The notes under the pieces: generated by a model | Told to the model about the DNA's origin: nothing | The model's input: the letters and a program-made list of their open reading frames with translations, nothing else | Database searches by the model: none | Shown here: one piece after another, positions 8,823 through 18,178 of the stretch | Layout: each line of letters begins with the position of its first letter | Numbering within the stretch: the first letter of the stretch is position 1 | DNA from: an uncultured virus (IMG/VR IMGVR_UViG_3300025913_000002) | Lineage: Duplodnaviria; Heunggongvirae; Uroviricota; Caudoviricetes | Length of the DNA: 64,000 bases | Virus record (IMG/VR): IMGVR_UViG_3300025913_000002 | Reading direction: 5' to 3' (one strand) | Translations under genes and position numbers: made by a program

Positions 8823-9173
8823 ATGTCCGGTTTTATCATGGTTCCAGAAGATATGCGGAAGGCAGTTATTCGAGCCGTTGAGCAAACGATCCCGAACGCG
8901 AACAGAATTCTAGCGGTGCTGAACGGGAAGCCAATCAAGCTGCCGATGCACTACGTTTACAGCACCGGAGACGGCGACAGATGCCGGGTGGTTGCATGGT
9001 CGAAAGAGCACGCCGTGGAGCAGATACGCCGCGACGGACGGTTCATCGGAGACTTCATATTTGAGAGCAGTGAACCGGCATGGCCGGATACGGGAGTGAC
9101 GCGTGTAACCTGCCCGGACTATTTCGATGAAGACCCCGACCACGACGCGCCGGGACCGAACGACAACTGGTAA
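8823..9173 (+). CDS. hypothetical protein
   Basis: AAGGAAGGT RBS. Confidence 0.6.
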   Translation: MSGFIMVPEDMRKAVIRAVEQTIPNANRILAVLNGKPIKLPMHYVYSTGDGDRCRVVAWSKEHAVEQIRRDGRFIGDFIFESSEPAWPDTGVTRVTCPDYFDEDPDHDAPGPNDNW

Positions 9174-9284
9174 GCCGCCGCCCCGCCGCCCCGCGCGCAC
9201 GGAGCAGCAGCAGCCAAGGTGGGAGGGAGGACAGGGGGGCGGGCGGGGGAGAGTGGTGCGGGTGGGGAAAAGGAGAGAAGGATT

Positions 9285-9617
9285 ATGAGCGAGACAAAGG
9301 TTTACGGGGCGTCGGACGACCTGATTGAACTTGAGGGCCAGATAACCGAAGAGTTCAGCCATTCCACGTACCAGGATGACGCGCAATCTGCGATCCTGGC
9401 GTTTTCGGACGGGACGCTGCTGGAAGTCAGGTGCGACGACGACGGGATATGGCGCATCTCGAAGCTCGCCGACGGCGCTTGCGAGTACAGCCACAAGAGC
9501 GGTTCCGTGAGCGAGGATACGCCGGACGAGGCGGTTCTGCGCGGGGACTTGAAGTGGTGCGTTAAGTCGGAGCGCGGGCAGTACAGTCCGGCGTTCGCGA
9601 AGAAGCGAGGGGCGTGA
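9285..9617 (+). CDS. conserved phage hypothetical protein (YGASDDLIELEG motif)
   Basis: AAGGAG/AAGGA RBS; recurrent phage motif. Confidence 0.7.
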   Translation: MSETKVYGASDDLIELEGQITEEFSHSTYQDDAQSAILAFSDGTLLEVRCDDDGIWRISKLADGACEYSHKSGSVSEDTPDEAVLRGDLKWCVKSERGQYSPAFAKKRGA

Positions 9618-10051
9618 TGTCATCCCCGAGCGACAACGACCTGAACCGCGCGATGGCGCTGGAGTGTGGGTACCGCTGGTACCGCGTCATGCGATGCACG
9701 CACGATAGCGGGCCGGAAGGTATTCCGCACCGTATGTTGGCGACAGAGGAAAGTATGTCGGAATGGGACGCCACCATCCTGGCTACAGGCGACGAACCAA
9801 TCTACGATGATTACGCACAGCCGCACTACTGCTCGGACCGAAATTCCCACGGTGAGATCAAACGGGCAATCGACACCGCGCAAGCCTGGTACGACTTCTC
9901 GCACGAGATGCGAAACGTCTGCATCGGGTTGCCGGACTGGGAGAACTCGCGCACGTTCACAGTGACGTTCGCACCGCCGAGGCTGGTCGTGATAGCCGCG
10001 CTCCGGGCGTTGGGGAAGTGGGAGTGGGACAGTGAGGAGGGGGAGGCGTAA
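9614..10051 (+). CDS. phage ABA-sandwich-like protein
   Basis: DLNRAMA...PHYCSD...PPRLVVIAALRALG pattern. Confidence 0.55.
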   Translation: MMSSPSDNDLNRAMALECGYRWYRVMRCTHDSGPEGIPHRMLATEESMSEWDATILATGDEPIYDDYAQPHYCSDRNSHGEIKRAIDTAQAWYDFSHEMRNVCIGLPDWENSRTFTVTFAPPRLVVIAALRALGKWEWDSEEGEA

Positions 10052-10308
10052 TGGACACCTATCGAAAACTGCTTAGAATGGTAGTGGATCAGCAAAGCAG
10101 GTGCCGCTCATGTAACGCCAAGGTAGTTGCGCGAGCAGAACGAGCGGCGATGATTTGCGAGGTCGGCACGGAGGATAGTTGCCGGGGAATGATCCGCTTC
10201 CTCGTGTACGCATCCGACGATGAGGCGCGTGATAGGATACCGGAGTGCGATGAGGTGTACCGGGCTTGCAAATCGGCGATGGAAGCGGAGGCAAAGGATG
10301 GACGCTAA
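10051..10308 (+). CDS. hypothetical protein
   Basis: GGAGG RBS, TAATG overlap. Confidence 0.55.
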   Translation: MDTYRKLLRMVVDQQSRCRSCNAKVVARAERAAMICEVGTEDSCRGMIRFLVYASDDEARDRIPECDEVYRACKSAMEAEAKDGR

Positions 10309-10479
10309 AAGAGTGCTGGCGGTGTTGCGGCAGTTTGAATTCCAGTGCGGATGTTTCCCAGTGAACGAGACGTTTCCTTGTTCAACACCGCATAAAGATG
10401 GGTGTTCGCTCGCTGCCCTCATCACCGAAGCCGAACAGGAGGCGCGAGAAGGCGGGTGGAAGCCGGGAAGTGAGCCGCC
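10296..10479 (+). repeat. 184-bp direct repeat, copy 1
   Basis: Four mismatches to 14968..15151, all in the first 35 nt. Confidence 0.95.
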
Positions 10480-10663
10480 TAACATTGCTCGTGTTGTAGC
10501 TATCCGCTTCCATGTCACGGATAGCTATGGAGGCGTAGAGCTGATTGAAGCAAAAGGACTGCACAGCCTTGACGGTTGGCGTCGTGTAGACCTATTCGGG
10601 AATTGTTATCCGGTACAGGTTATAGAGTGGCGTGAGTTGTCGCCGCTGCCGGAGGCGGCGTGA
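10298..10663 (+). CDS. hypothetical protein, Cys-rich N-terminus plus DUF551-like C-terminus (paralog A)
   Basis: N-terminal ~60 aa nearly identical to 14970..15332; W...EPP...EWRELSPLP pattern. Confidence 0.65.
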   Translation: MDAKRVLAVLRQFEFQCGCFPVNETFPCSTPHKDGCSLAALITEAEQEAREGGWKPGSEPPNIARVVAIRFHVTDSYGGVELIEAKGLHSLDGWRRVDLFGNCYPVQVIEWRELSPLPEAA

Positions 10664-11085
10664 TGGAATATCGAGACGCAGTTATCAAAGCCGCCGACAC
10701 GATCCGCAAAGACGGCTCCCTGAGCGTGATTGACGTAGCAGATGCGCTCGTGGAGGCGTACAACGCCGGCCGCGCCGAACCGCTCGACCTCAGCCCCGAC
10801 GAGCGGATCGTAAGCGCCCAGGCGTGGGAGGCGTTTCAGTGCTGGCAGCGCGACGCGGAGGCGCGTGCCGAGTTCGAAGCGTGGCGGGCATTGCCGAGCC
10901 GTGGGACATTGAACGGTCTGATGGCGGACCGGGCGAGAATGAACTTCCTCGCAAACCTCGCGAACGACCGCATCTACAGCGCGACGTTCAGCCGGTCGAA
11001 CATCTGTCTGACGCTCCGCGATGGATGCGGGTTCGAGACGTTCCGCGATTGTGTGGACGCGGCGATCAAGGAGGCAGTCAAGTGA
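10660..11085 (+). CDS. hypothetical protein
   Basis: GGAGG RBS; overlaps at both ends. Confidence 0.6.
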   Translation: MMEYRDAVIKAADTIRKDGSLSVIDVADALVEAYNAGRAEPLDLSPDERIVSAQAWEAFQCWQRDAEARAEFEAWRALPSRGTLNGLMADRARMNFLANLANDRIYSATFSRSNICLTLRDGCGFETFRDCVDAAIKEAVK

Positions 11086-11282
11086 ACCATCCCTACGCCC
11101 TTTGTAGCAGGCCAGACCTGCGCCATACCCATATCCGCCACCACGCGAGCGACCAATCGCTGTGCGGGGCTGCTGTGAGCGATTGGCGCATAGCGGAGCC
11201 GGGAGAGAAGCCCGCTTGCAAGAGGTGCATCTCTGAAATGGAAGACAGAGAGTATCGCGCCAAGTGGAGCAAGCAAAGATGA
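11082..11282 (+). CDS. small His/Cys (Zn-binding-like) protein
   Basis: H...LCG...CKRC; GTGA overlap. Confidence 0.6.
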   Translation: MNHPYALCSRPDLRHTHIRHHASDQSLCGAAVSDWRIAEPGEKPACKRCISEMEDREYRAKWSKQR

Positions 11283-11668
11283 GCGTTCAACACTGCTGGA
11301 CAGTAAAGCACGGTGGCATGACCAAGTTTCTTTCGAGCGAGGAAGAGGCAGCATTAGAGAGAAGGAGATTGATTGATCGTGGCATCAAGCCGCAGAGGAT
11401 TACGATCCAGTATTTGCCGGAATGGCCGACGCACGATCCGCCCATGACGGCTGATAAGATTATGGCCGCTTGGCGTCGTCTTCAAGCGGAATGTGTAGAG
11501 GTTACATTCGAAAGCGATTTCCTTCCGTGGGATGGTGTCGTGGTATGTCGCATCCACAATGACCAACTTGCTAACGACTTCGTGGAGGCAAGAGACAAAG
11601 ACCCGCAGGTAGCATTTGAGCGAGCGTACAAAGCATATAAAGATACGCCACAAGGAGGCAGGGTTTGA
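11279..11668 (+). CDS. hypothetical protein
   Basis: ATGA overlap; lower GC. Confidence 0.55.
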   Translation: MSVQHCWTVKHGGMTKFLSSEEEAALERRRLIDRGIKPQRITIQYLPEWPTHDPPMTADKIMAAWRRLQAECVEVTFESDFLPWDGVVVCRIHNDQLANDFVEARDKDPQVAFERAYKAYKDTPQGGRV

Positions 11669-11688
11669 TCTCAAACATACAGACAAAA

Positions 11689-11735
11689 GGGTATAATAAT
11701 AGTATGTGCGGGAGCGTGCTGGTAACACCCCCCGC
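11689..11735 (+). promoter_or_regulatory. GGGTATAAT -10 promoter plus leader hairpin of the HNH gene
   Basis: TATAAT at 11692-11697; hairpin with CTGGTAA loop at 11708-11735. Confidence 0.55.
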
Positions 11736-11769
11736 GCGAACAATCAACCTTCCAAGAAAGGCGATCATC

Positions 11770-12480
11770 ATGGCTAGTGTACCCCCGTTTACCGGCTTTA
11801 CGGCTGGACTTTCCGCATGGACACCGGAAGAGGAAACTCTTCTGCGTAACCTCTTTCGATCTCACACGCATCAAGAAATCGCAAACATGTTAGGCAGAAC
11901 ACTGCGTGCAGTCAAAGCGCGATGCGTGCTACTTAGGCTGATTCAACGTCCCGGATGGACAGTTGAGCGGTTCTGGTCAATGGTGGACAAGCGTCCGAAT
12001 GGATGCTGGATTTGGACCGGACGAAGAGACGAAAACGGATATGGTGTTCTGAACTATTGCAAAGTATTCTGGCGTGCGCACAGATTTAGTTATGAAGTTT
12101 GCTCCGGTCTGACCGTCACCAATGACCACTTGCATCACACATGCGAAAACAGGGCATGCGTTAATCCTGAGCATCTTCAAGACCTTACCGTGTTACAACA
12201 CTCACTGGTTACAAGAACATCCGCTTGTTCAATCCACCGCGAAAAGACGCACTGTATTCACGGACACCCATTCTCAGAAGAAAACACCTACATCCGCAAA
12301 GATAATGGAGGAAGAATGTGCAGAACTTGCGGTTTGGCGCGTGCCAAGGAAAAGCGGCTACGTCTGAGCGTAGAACGGAAGCGCAAACGCTTAGAGACTT
12401 TGCAGGACCGCGAATACCGCTCGCGCTGGGCACGGGACGGCGGCGGGAGTGGGATGGGAGTGGGGAGGGGCACAACGTGA
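11770..12480 (+). CDS. HNH endonuclease (HNH_3 type) with N-terminal HTH
   Basis: CWIWTG...GYG...AHRFSY...HHTCENRACVNPEHL; KTHCIHGH...CRTC; WTPEEE HTH. Confidence 0.9.
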   Translation: MASVPPFTGFTAGLSAWTPEEETLLRNLFRSHTHQEIANMLGRTLRAVKARCVLLRLIQRPGWTVERFWSMVDKRPNGCWIWTGRRDENGYGVLNYCKVFWRAHRFSYEVCSGLTVTNDHLHHTCENRACVNPEHLQDLTVLQHSLVTRTSACSIHREKTHCIHGHPFSEENTYIRKDNGGRMCRTCGLARAKEKRLRLSVERKRKRLETLQDREYRSRWARDGGGSGMGVGRGTT

Positions 12481-12716
12481 ATACCAATGACAGGTTTGTC
12501 GCTGCCAAGATCATTCGATGCCTGAACAAATGCGTGGACTTGTACCCAAGTAACCCCTGCGACATCAAAAAGCTGGCTGCAAACGCCATGACCTTGCGCT
12601 ATGCACACAGAGAACTGGCGTTTGCCTTAACAAGCCTTCGGTACGGCGACTACGAAGACGCTAACGAGGAAGCGGATAAAGCGATGCAGGTCTTAGGATT
12701 GGAGCAAGCGCTATGA
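12477..12716 (+). CDS. hypothetical protein
   Basis: GTG start after GGAGG, overlaps HNH stop. Confidence 0.55.
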   Translation: MNTNDRFVAAKIIRCLNKCVDLYPSNPCDIKKLAANAMTLRYAHRELAFALTSLRYGDYEDANEEADKAMQVLGLEQAL

Positions 12717-13108
12717 GCGCCGAACACGACTGGCCGAACGGCGACTACATGTGCAAGACCTGCTGCATCTGCGGCGTGCGCTTCAGCGGTCCGCACAACG
12801 CCGGGAAATGCTATCTGCATAAGGACGAGCCGACGCCGAAATCCGAATGGGGCGGCTACGTGTTGGCGTCCACAGATGAGATTATCAGGCAACGCGACGA
12901 GACAGAAGCATTCGCTGAACTCGGCAGGCTTATACTTGCGATGCCGGTCGGCGCGACTCTCGAACACCGCTTTGTAGGCGGAGACGATCAAATTACGTGG
13001 TTGCTCCACATGCCAGGCAATCTCACGTATTGGCGGGAGACGCCGACACAAGCGTTGATTGCGGCTGGTGTGGGACAGGAGGAGGAAGCAGATGAGCTTT
13101 CACGCTGA
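12713..13108 (+). CDS. hypothetical protein with Zn-ribbon
   Basis: NGDYMCKTCCICG...C pattern. Confidence 0.6.
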   Translation: MSAEHDWPNGDYMCKTCCICGVRFSGPHNAGKCYLHKDEPTPKSEWGGYVLASTDEIIRQRDETEAFAELGRLILAMPVGATLEHRFVGGDDQITWLLHMPGNLTYWRETPTQALIAAGVGQEEEADELSR

Positions 13109-13463
13109 AGGTTCGGACGGTGCAGCATTGAACATAGTACTAGACAATTCCGACGCCACATATGCAGCCGCATACGCAGAAGGCTCGCGCAACGAAAGCG
13201 CGTCGCTTCAGAACTTGCTGTCCATCAGAGACGATGCGATCGGTCGTCTCATAGCCGAGCGTGACGCATTCACCGACGCGCTGGCGGGGATGGTAAGGCT
13301 GCACTGTCCGCCCGACTTTACAATGTTCGAGGTCAACGCGCCGGAAACTATTGTCGCCGTTCAGTTACTCGCTGACGCCGGAAAGGTGGAGATCGTGAAG
13401 GATTACGCGCCGTCGTGGGTAAGGGCGAGGTGGGTTGAGCAGGAGGAAGCGAATGCCGGGTGA
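13092..13463 (+). CDS. hypothetical protein
   Basis: GGAGG RBS. Confidence 0.55.
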   Translation: MSFHAEGSDGAALNIVLDNSDATYAAAYAEGSRNESASLQNLLSIRDDAIGRLIAERDAFTDALAGMVRLHCPPDFTMFEVNAPETIVAVQLLADAGKVEIVKDYAPSWVRARWVEQEEANAG

Positions 13464-13674
13464 ACAGACTTACTCGCTCTGGAAGGGCAAAGGCGGGAGC
13501 GAGTTCCAACGACTACCGTTCTCTGATTTGCCAGTAGCAGTTGAAATCTTCGCCGACGTGGTCAGAGATTTTATGAAGGCACATCCGCGAATTTATGATT
13601 TCTCTTGGAAAGATGATGAAGGCGAGGTTTGGGTGATCCGGCGTGACGGCGCAGAGAGAGGCGGGGAGGAGTAA
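13453..13674 (+). CDS. hypothetical protein
   Basis: AGGAGG RBS; TAATG overlap. Confidence 0.55.
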   Translation: MPGEQTYSLWKGKGGSEFQRLPFSDLPVAVEIFADVVRDFMKAHPRIYDFSWKDDEGEVWVIRRDGAERGGEE

Positions 13675-13943
13675 TGAAACTGACAACCGCTGAGTTCTTA
13701 GCACTCGGCAAACTCATGGAATTCGAGATCGCTTCATCCTTCGACAAGACGCGGCTCCCTGTTGCGCTCCCTGCCACAATCGCAAAACGCCTGGTCGATA
13801 AGGGTCTTGTTCAGGAAATCGAGACAACCCTACCCGGCAGGTTGCCGGTGACGATTAAGTATCACGCGTTCACGGCGGTGGGGCATATGACTTATTGCAT
13901 GGAGTGTTCTGAGATCGAAGAGGAACCATGCCCGTCCACATGA
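13674..13943 (+). CDS. small winged-helix-like protein
   Basis: AKRLVDKGLVQ...Y.FTAVG pattern. Confidence 0.55.
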   Translation: MKLTTAEFLALGKLMEFEIASSFDKTRLPVALPATIAKRLVDKGLVQEIETTLPGRLPVTIKYHAFTAVGHMTYCMECSEIEEEPCPST

Positions 13944-14407
13944 CCGCCGCCGCCGTCAAGCGCCTGCAAGGTGGCACGAATGTACCGAAAGCGGGCAAAC
14001 GTGCCACAGAAGCCAACGTCGTAAGCCGTAGTGTTATTCCCGAGGTACGCGCCGACTTCCCGCGCGGCCTGGACTTGCCGCTTCCGCCGACGCTGAACCA
14101 CTTGTTCGCGACTGTGAACGGAAATCGGGTCAAAAGCGCAGAGGGGCGTGCGTACGCCCTAGAAGCAGGCAAACTCGCGCGCATCATGTTCCCTGAGCCG
14201 ATCACGGTTCCGGTCGAGGTCGCTATCGTGGTGCATCCGAAACGCGGTATTGGCATGGACCTGGATAATTGCTGCAAAGCACTTCTAGACTCGCTCACTG
14301 GCATTGTATGGCGCGACGACAGCCAGGTGTGGCGGCTCGTGATTGAGCGCGGCGCGGTCATTCCGGGCGGCAGGCTGGTGATGGTTGTTAAAGCCTTTGA
14401 AAGATGA
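13928..14407 (+). CDS. rusA: RusA-family Holliday junction resolvase
   Basis: PPTLNH, DLDNCCKALLDSL, DDSQV catalytic motifs. Confidence 0.9.
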   Translation: MPVHMTAAAVKRLQGGTNVPKAGKRATEANVVSRSVIPEVRADFPRGLDLPLPPTLNHLFATVNGNRVKSAEGRAYALEAGKLARIMFPEPITVPVEVAIVVHPKRGIGMDLDNCCKALLDSLTGIVWRDDSQVWRLVIERGAVIPGGRLVMVVKAFER

Positions 14408-14572
14408 GCGAGTTGTCATCTGTTTCACCTGCCGCCAACCCTTCACCGCCGCCTGGACCCGCATCCTGCGCTGGTGCTACGTATTCGATCCGCCGAAGAA
14501 GGCGAGGCTGGTGCAGAAGTGGATGCTTGTGCTTCCAGCGAATTGCTCGGAGTGTCGGGGAGGTGAACTACG

Positions 14573-14842
14573 GTGAACACGCTACACAGAATTGCACGGT
14601 TCTTTAGGAGGCTATTCGCGATGTCTATCGGCAGAAGGTTTGCAAAAAGGGATACGCTTTCAATCCGCGTGACCGTGCAGCACAACGGCGACGTGAGTAT
14701 CGAGTCTCTCGAAAACTGGATAACGAGCCAAATCTGCGGGTTCAGGCAAAATGACGAAAATGACCCGTGGGTGCTCACAGGCCCGACTTTTACTGTGCTC
14801 GAAAGTAACGACGATGTGTCATTGAAGGACTTGGGCCGGTGA
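14573..14842 (+). CDS. hypothetical protein
   Basis: GGAGGTG RBS; GTGA overlaps. Confidence 0.5.
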   Translation: MNTLHRIARFFRRLFAMSIGRRFAKRDTLSIRVTVQHNGDVSIESLENWITSQICGFRQNDENDPWVLTGPTFTVLESNDDVSLKDLGR

Positions 14843-14967
14843 AACCCCGCACCCCACCCCGCGACAATTCACTCTGCGCCAACCTAGGATGCAGACCCGA
14901 CGAGATGCGGACGGTGGATGGAAGGCGTGTGTGCGGATTTGTGGGAGTGTGCGGGAGGAGGGGAGAC

Positions 14968-15151
14968 GGATGGACGCTAAGAAAGTGCTGCCGGTGCTGC
15001 GGCAGTTTGAATTCCAGTGCGGATGTTTCCCAGTGAACGAGACGTTTCCTTGTTCAACACCGCATAAAGATGGGTGTTCGCTCGCTGCCCTCATCACCGA
15101 AGCCGAACAGGAGGCGCGAGAAGGCGGGTGGAAGCCGGGAAGTGAGCCGCC
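14968..15151 (+). repeat. 184-bp direct repeat, copy 2
   Basis: Matches 10296..10479. Confidence 0.95.
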
Positions 15152-15332
15152 GGAGGATGACAGGCTTGTGGAAATTACAACTTTGGCTTATTACTCAAAC
15201 GGGCAGTGGTACAGCGAAAATGATTGCCGTGTTCCAATGATGTACGAATGGAGACGCCGCCGCACGCCGCCGCCATTTCCCGGCAATCCCGACCTCCCGC
15301 CGCTGCTGGAGCAGAGCGAGGTGAAATCGTGA
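14970..15332 (+). CDS. hypothetical protein (paralog B of 10298..10663) with a different C-terminus
   Basis: GGAGG RBS; shared N-terminus. Confidence 0.65.
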   Translation: MDAKKVLPVLRQFEFQCGCFPVNETFPCSTPHKDGCSLAALITEAEQEAREGGWKPGSEPPEDDRLVEITTLAYYSNGQWYSENDCRVPMMYEWRRRRTPPPFPGNPDLPPLLEQSEVKS

Positions 15333-15904
15333 GCAAGTACCATTGTTCTGCCTGCGGCGTCGAACTCACGCCGTGGACACAGACGCCCTGCCCGAATAGT
15401 GAAAGTGGATTGCACCCGATCAACGATGAAGACTTCAAAGCGCACAAGATTGAACAGCAAAAAGAATGGGAACGACTTCAGGTTGAGGCGGGTGTGCCGA
15501 CATTTGAACCGAGCGCAGACGAGATGCTGGATTGGCTTCAGAAGAAGCGTGAAGACGATGACCAATTCACGCAATGGTGCATCGATCTTGACCGGGAGGA
15601 ACCGCTTCTGAGTTTCGCTGTGAGTGCGTACAAAGCGCGGCATGGAGAATTTCTGTCGCTGGACATTCGCGAAGCAATCCGAGCAGCGATGAAAGCCGAG
15701 GAGATAAGCACGACCAGTCGCCCAGGCATCCACGCAGCATTCTTGTGTCCCCAATGTAAACAGCGAGCAGTCACGCCGCATCGATGCGACAAGGACGGGC
15801 CGGGCGAGTACGTCGTGGCGTTTGTGCGCGATCCTGTGGTGCGTAGACCGCCTGTATTCCTTGACCCTCGAGACTTTGAAGACGACGAGGAGGCGGATCG
15901 ATGA
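15329..15904 (+). CDS. hypothetical protein with two CxxC modules
   Basis: GAGGTG RBS, GTG start; CSAC and CPQC. Confidence 0.55.
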   Translation: MSKYHCSACGVELTPWTQTPCPNSESGLHPINDEDFKAHKIEQQKEWERLQVEAGVPTFEPSADEMLDWLQKKREDDDQFTQWCIDLDREEPLLSFAVSAYKARHGEFLSLDIREAIRAAMKAEEISTTSRPGIHAAFLCPQCKQRAVTPHRCDKDGPGEYVVAFVRDPVVRRPPVFLDPRDFEDDEEADR

Positions 15905-16119
15905 CCGGCCCGCGCCGCCTCTGCAATTCCTGCCGCCTCCGGCACGCTGAACCGTGGTCCACAGATTGCAAATTGTGCATGGGGCTAGAGAGGGAGCGGA
16001 GGAAGCCGAGGAGTTTCGTTCCACTTTTCGGTTCAGAGATCAGGGTGCTCCCAAACGTCGGCGAGTGTATACGGCACAGGCGCAGGGGATGTCAGGAATG
16101 TGTGGGGGAGAACAAATGA
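15901..16119 (+). CDS. small Cys-rich protein
   Basis: GGAGG RBS; CNSC, CKLC, CQEC. Confidence 0.5.
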   Translation: MTGPRRLCNSCRLRHAEPWSTDCKLCMGLERERRKPRSFVPLFGSEIRVLPNVGECIRHRRRGCQECVGENK

Positions 16120-16331
16120 CGTTCCCCGTTGAACGCCGATGCTTCTTTTGCCACAAGCCCTTCACGTCCCATGAATTGAGAGAGATCTATTGCTCAGCCG
16201 ATTGTGTTCGGGCACGTGAGACGCAGGAGCGCGAGTCTAGGTGTCAAAAGCAGTGGGCTACTAGAAGGTCACTGCCGCAAACTGCCCGAACACGACCGTC
16301 TGAGCCGCACCGCCGCCCTTCGAATACGTGA
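16116..16331 (+). CDS. small Zn-finger-like protein
   Basis: CFFC.KPF...YCS..C motif; converges on the late region. Confidence 0.5.
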   Translation: MTFPVERRCFFCHKPFTSHELREIYCSADCVRARETQERESRCQKQWATRRSLPQTARTRPSEPHRRPSNT

Positions 16332-17664
16332 CGACCAGTTCCTTCAAAATCTGAGGGTACGGGTCTTTCGGATTGACGCCCCAACTCGGATCGCTCAGGC
16401 ACGGGCCGTTGCCGTTGACGCTCGCATCCGAGTACACGAAGAAGGGTTTGCCAGCAGCCACAAGCGCCTGCACGACCGCCGTACAGTCTTTGAACGTCGT
16501 CGTGTTGGCTACCTGGCGGTACTTGGCGCTCAGGATCGTGATGGCGGTTCCGGTGTCGGTCGTTCCGCCGCCGCCGGTTCCTGCCAGCACCGCGTCAATC
16601 TTGGGCTGAACAGAAGTCTTCCACGCCTTGAGGTCGTTGATGTCGTTTTGAGCCTGTACTAAGGCTAACTGTGGATCAAGTAACATGTGCGCACAACTCC
16701 CTTGGATCGTTCCGTACATTTTCTTGGCGTAGTAGCCCGCCGCCCTCTGGACCGCACCGACAGGCTGACCCGCGAAAAACAAATGCAGCTGCTCCTGCCC
16801 CCACCAGTCGATGTAGCAGCAATTGCAGTAGGGCGTCGAGATCGCAGTGACCATCAGGTTGTCATCCGACCACCATTCATCTTGTTCGGAGCCGAAGATC
16901 ACCTCCAGGTAAGCACCGGGGTTCGCGGCTCGCCATTCCTTGCTCGACCCGGTGTTATAGAGCCGGTTCCAAAACCCGCCGTCCAGGTTGATGTTACACA
17001 TCACCGGCCGCGCCGCAATGATCGCCCACTCGCCGTCCTGAAAGTCGTTGTTATCGCCTGTCTCGGTCAGGCCCGTCATCTCGTGCACGGTCCAGCCGGC
17101 AGGGATCTGCGCGCTTGCCCCTGCGCCAATGTCGGCATAGGGTGGAAACGCGAAATGATCGTCTACCGCGACTTCCGGCGCATACAGAAATGGAAGCGGG
17201 TTCATCTGGTCGGTAAGCCAGTCCCTGTATTTCTGCGCGCTTATCCGCGTATCCGTGCTCTCGACGTTGAATGGCCCGATTCGCCCGAACGCCCCGAAGG
17301 GATCAGCCTCAGGCTTGCTCGTCACGATATTTCCGCTATCGACCGTCATCGGCCCCGGCGCGAAGTAAATGCCGTCTCCAGGCACCGCGTCCGGCACGTG
17401 ACCGAATGGGAACTCGTGAAGCACAGGGAATGGGATACTATCTCCCATCAAGTCGTTATAGTCGCATTGCCCCTGCGCTAGTATCCGATCCCGCAAAGCC
17501 GAAAGGCTCTCGCCTGGCTGCATGGTGATGCGCGGCAGGACGGTGAAGCCGGAAGGGCAGGCCACGCTCTGCCGGAAATCGCGAAGATACTGCTCATAGG
17601 CCGGCAGCAGGTCGGCGCAGTCGGTTTCGATTTGCTGGTCTGTGATCAGCCTGTACGTGGGCAT
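16261..17664 (-). CDS. multidomain protein: alpha/beta (peptidase C25-like?) N-terminus, coiled coil, C-terminal SUEL/DUF3395-like lectin
   Basis: ITILSAKY...DCTAVVQALV...DPYPQILKELVVTY lectin-like motif; LMGDSIPFP...D..Y...GRI. Confidence 0.6.
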   Translation of the reverse strand: MPTYRLITDQQIETDCADLLPAYEQYLRDFRQSVACPSGFTVLPRITMQPGESLSALRDRILAQGQCDYNDLMGDSIPFPVLHEFPFGHVPDAVPGDGIYFAPGPMTVDSGNIVTSKPEADPFGAFGRIGPFNVESTDTRISAQKYRDWLTDQMNPLPFLYAPEVAVDDHFAFPPYADIGAGASAQIPAGWTVHEMTGLTETGDNNDFQDGEWAIIAARPVMCNINLDGGFWNRLYNTGSSKEWRAANPGAYLEVIFGSEQDEWWSDDNLMVTAISTPYCNCCYIDWWGQEQLHLFFAGQPVGAVQRAAGYYAKKMYGTIQGSCAHMLLDPQLALVQAQNDINDLKAWKTSVQPKIDAVLAGTGGGGTTDTGTAITILSAKYRQVANTTTFKDCTAVVQALVAAGKPFFVYSDASVNGNGPCLSDPSWGVNPKDPYPQILKELVVTYSKGGGAAQTVVFGQFAAVTF

Positions 17665-17824
17665 TTCATCCCCCTCACCACGCCCCTCACCACCGCCTCA
17701 TCCATCAACCTTCTCCGCTCAACATAAGCCGCCAGAATGCGCTGCCTCGCGGCACGGCGGGCTGGAGGTTCGGGAGTGGGAAGGCGTTTGCGGTAGTTGG
17801 CGGTGTTGAAAGTTGGCACGCGGG

Positions 17825-18178
17825 TTACTCCTTCACGCCTCTGCGCACAAACCCGCCTAGCCGATCAGCGGCGTCACTGAAAGCCTTAAGCCGCTTGTCA
17901 ATCTCGGCCCGAAGTTCCGGCGTCTGTTCCGCACTCTCGTAAAGATGCTCAAACGTTTCTCGTTCACAAACGTACGTCTCACCCATCGCGCCCTTGATGA
18001 CCCAATCTCCAAGCCTGCACTCGTGGTCTCCACGAGGACAGGTAACGCGTATGGAGCCGCTGTTTCCGGGAAGTCCGTACGTCGGCAAATCGTGACCGAT
18101 TAATGCAATGATGGGAGCCGTGTCGCCGGTCCACTGAACCGCTTCAATGACAATTGGCGTTCGGCGGAACTTGGGCAT
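17825..18178 (-). CDS. conserved phage protein (KFRRTPIVIEAVQW...GDWVIKG family)
   Basis: Recognisable motif; TGATG overlap with endolysin. Confidence 0.75.
   Translation of the reverse strand: MPKFRRTPIVIEAVQWTGDTAPIIALIGHDLPTYGLPGNSGSIRVTCPRGDHECRLGDWVIKGAMGETYVCERETFEHLYESAEQTPELRAEIDKRLKAFSDAADRLGGFVRRGVKE

Noticed and set aside
10296..15151. DGR template/variable repeat pair
   Set aside because: Mismatches are not adenine-specific, the repeats are at gene 5' ends, and no reverse transcriptase was seen
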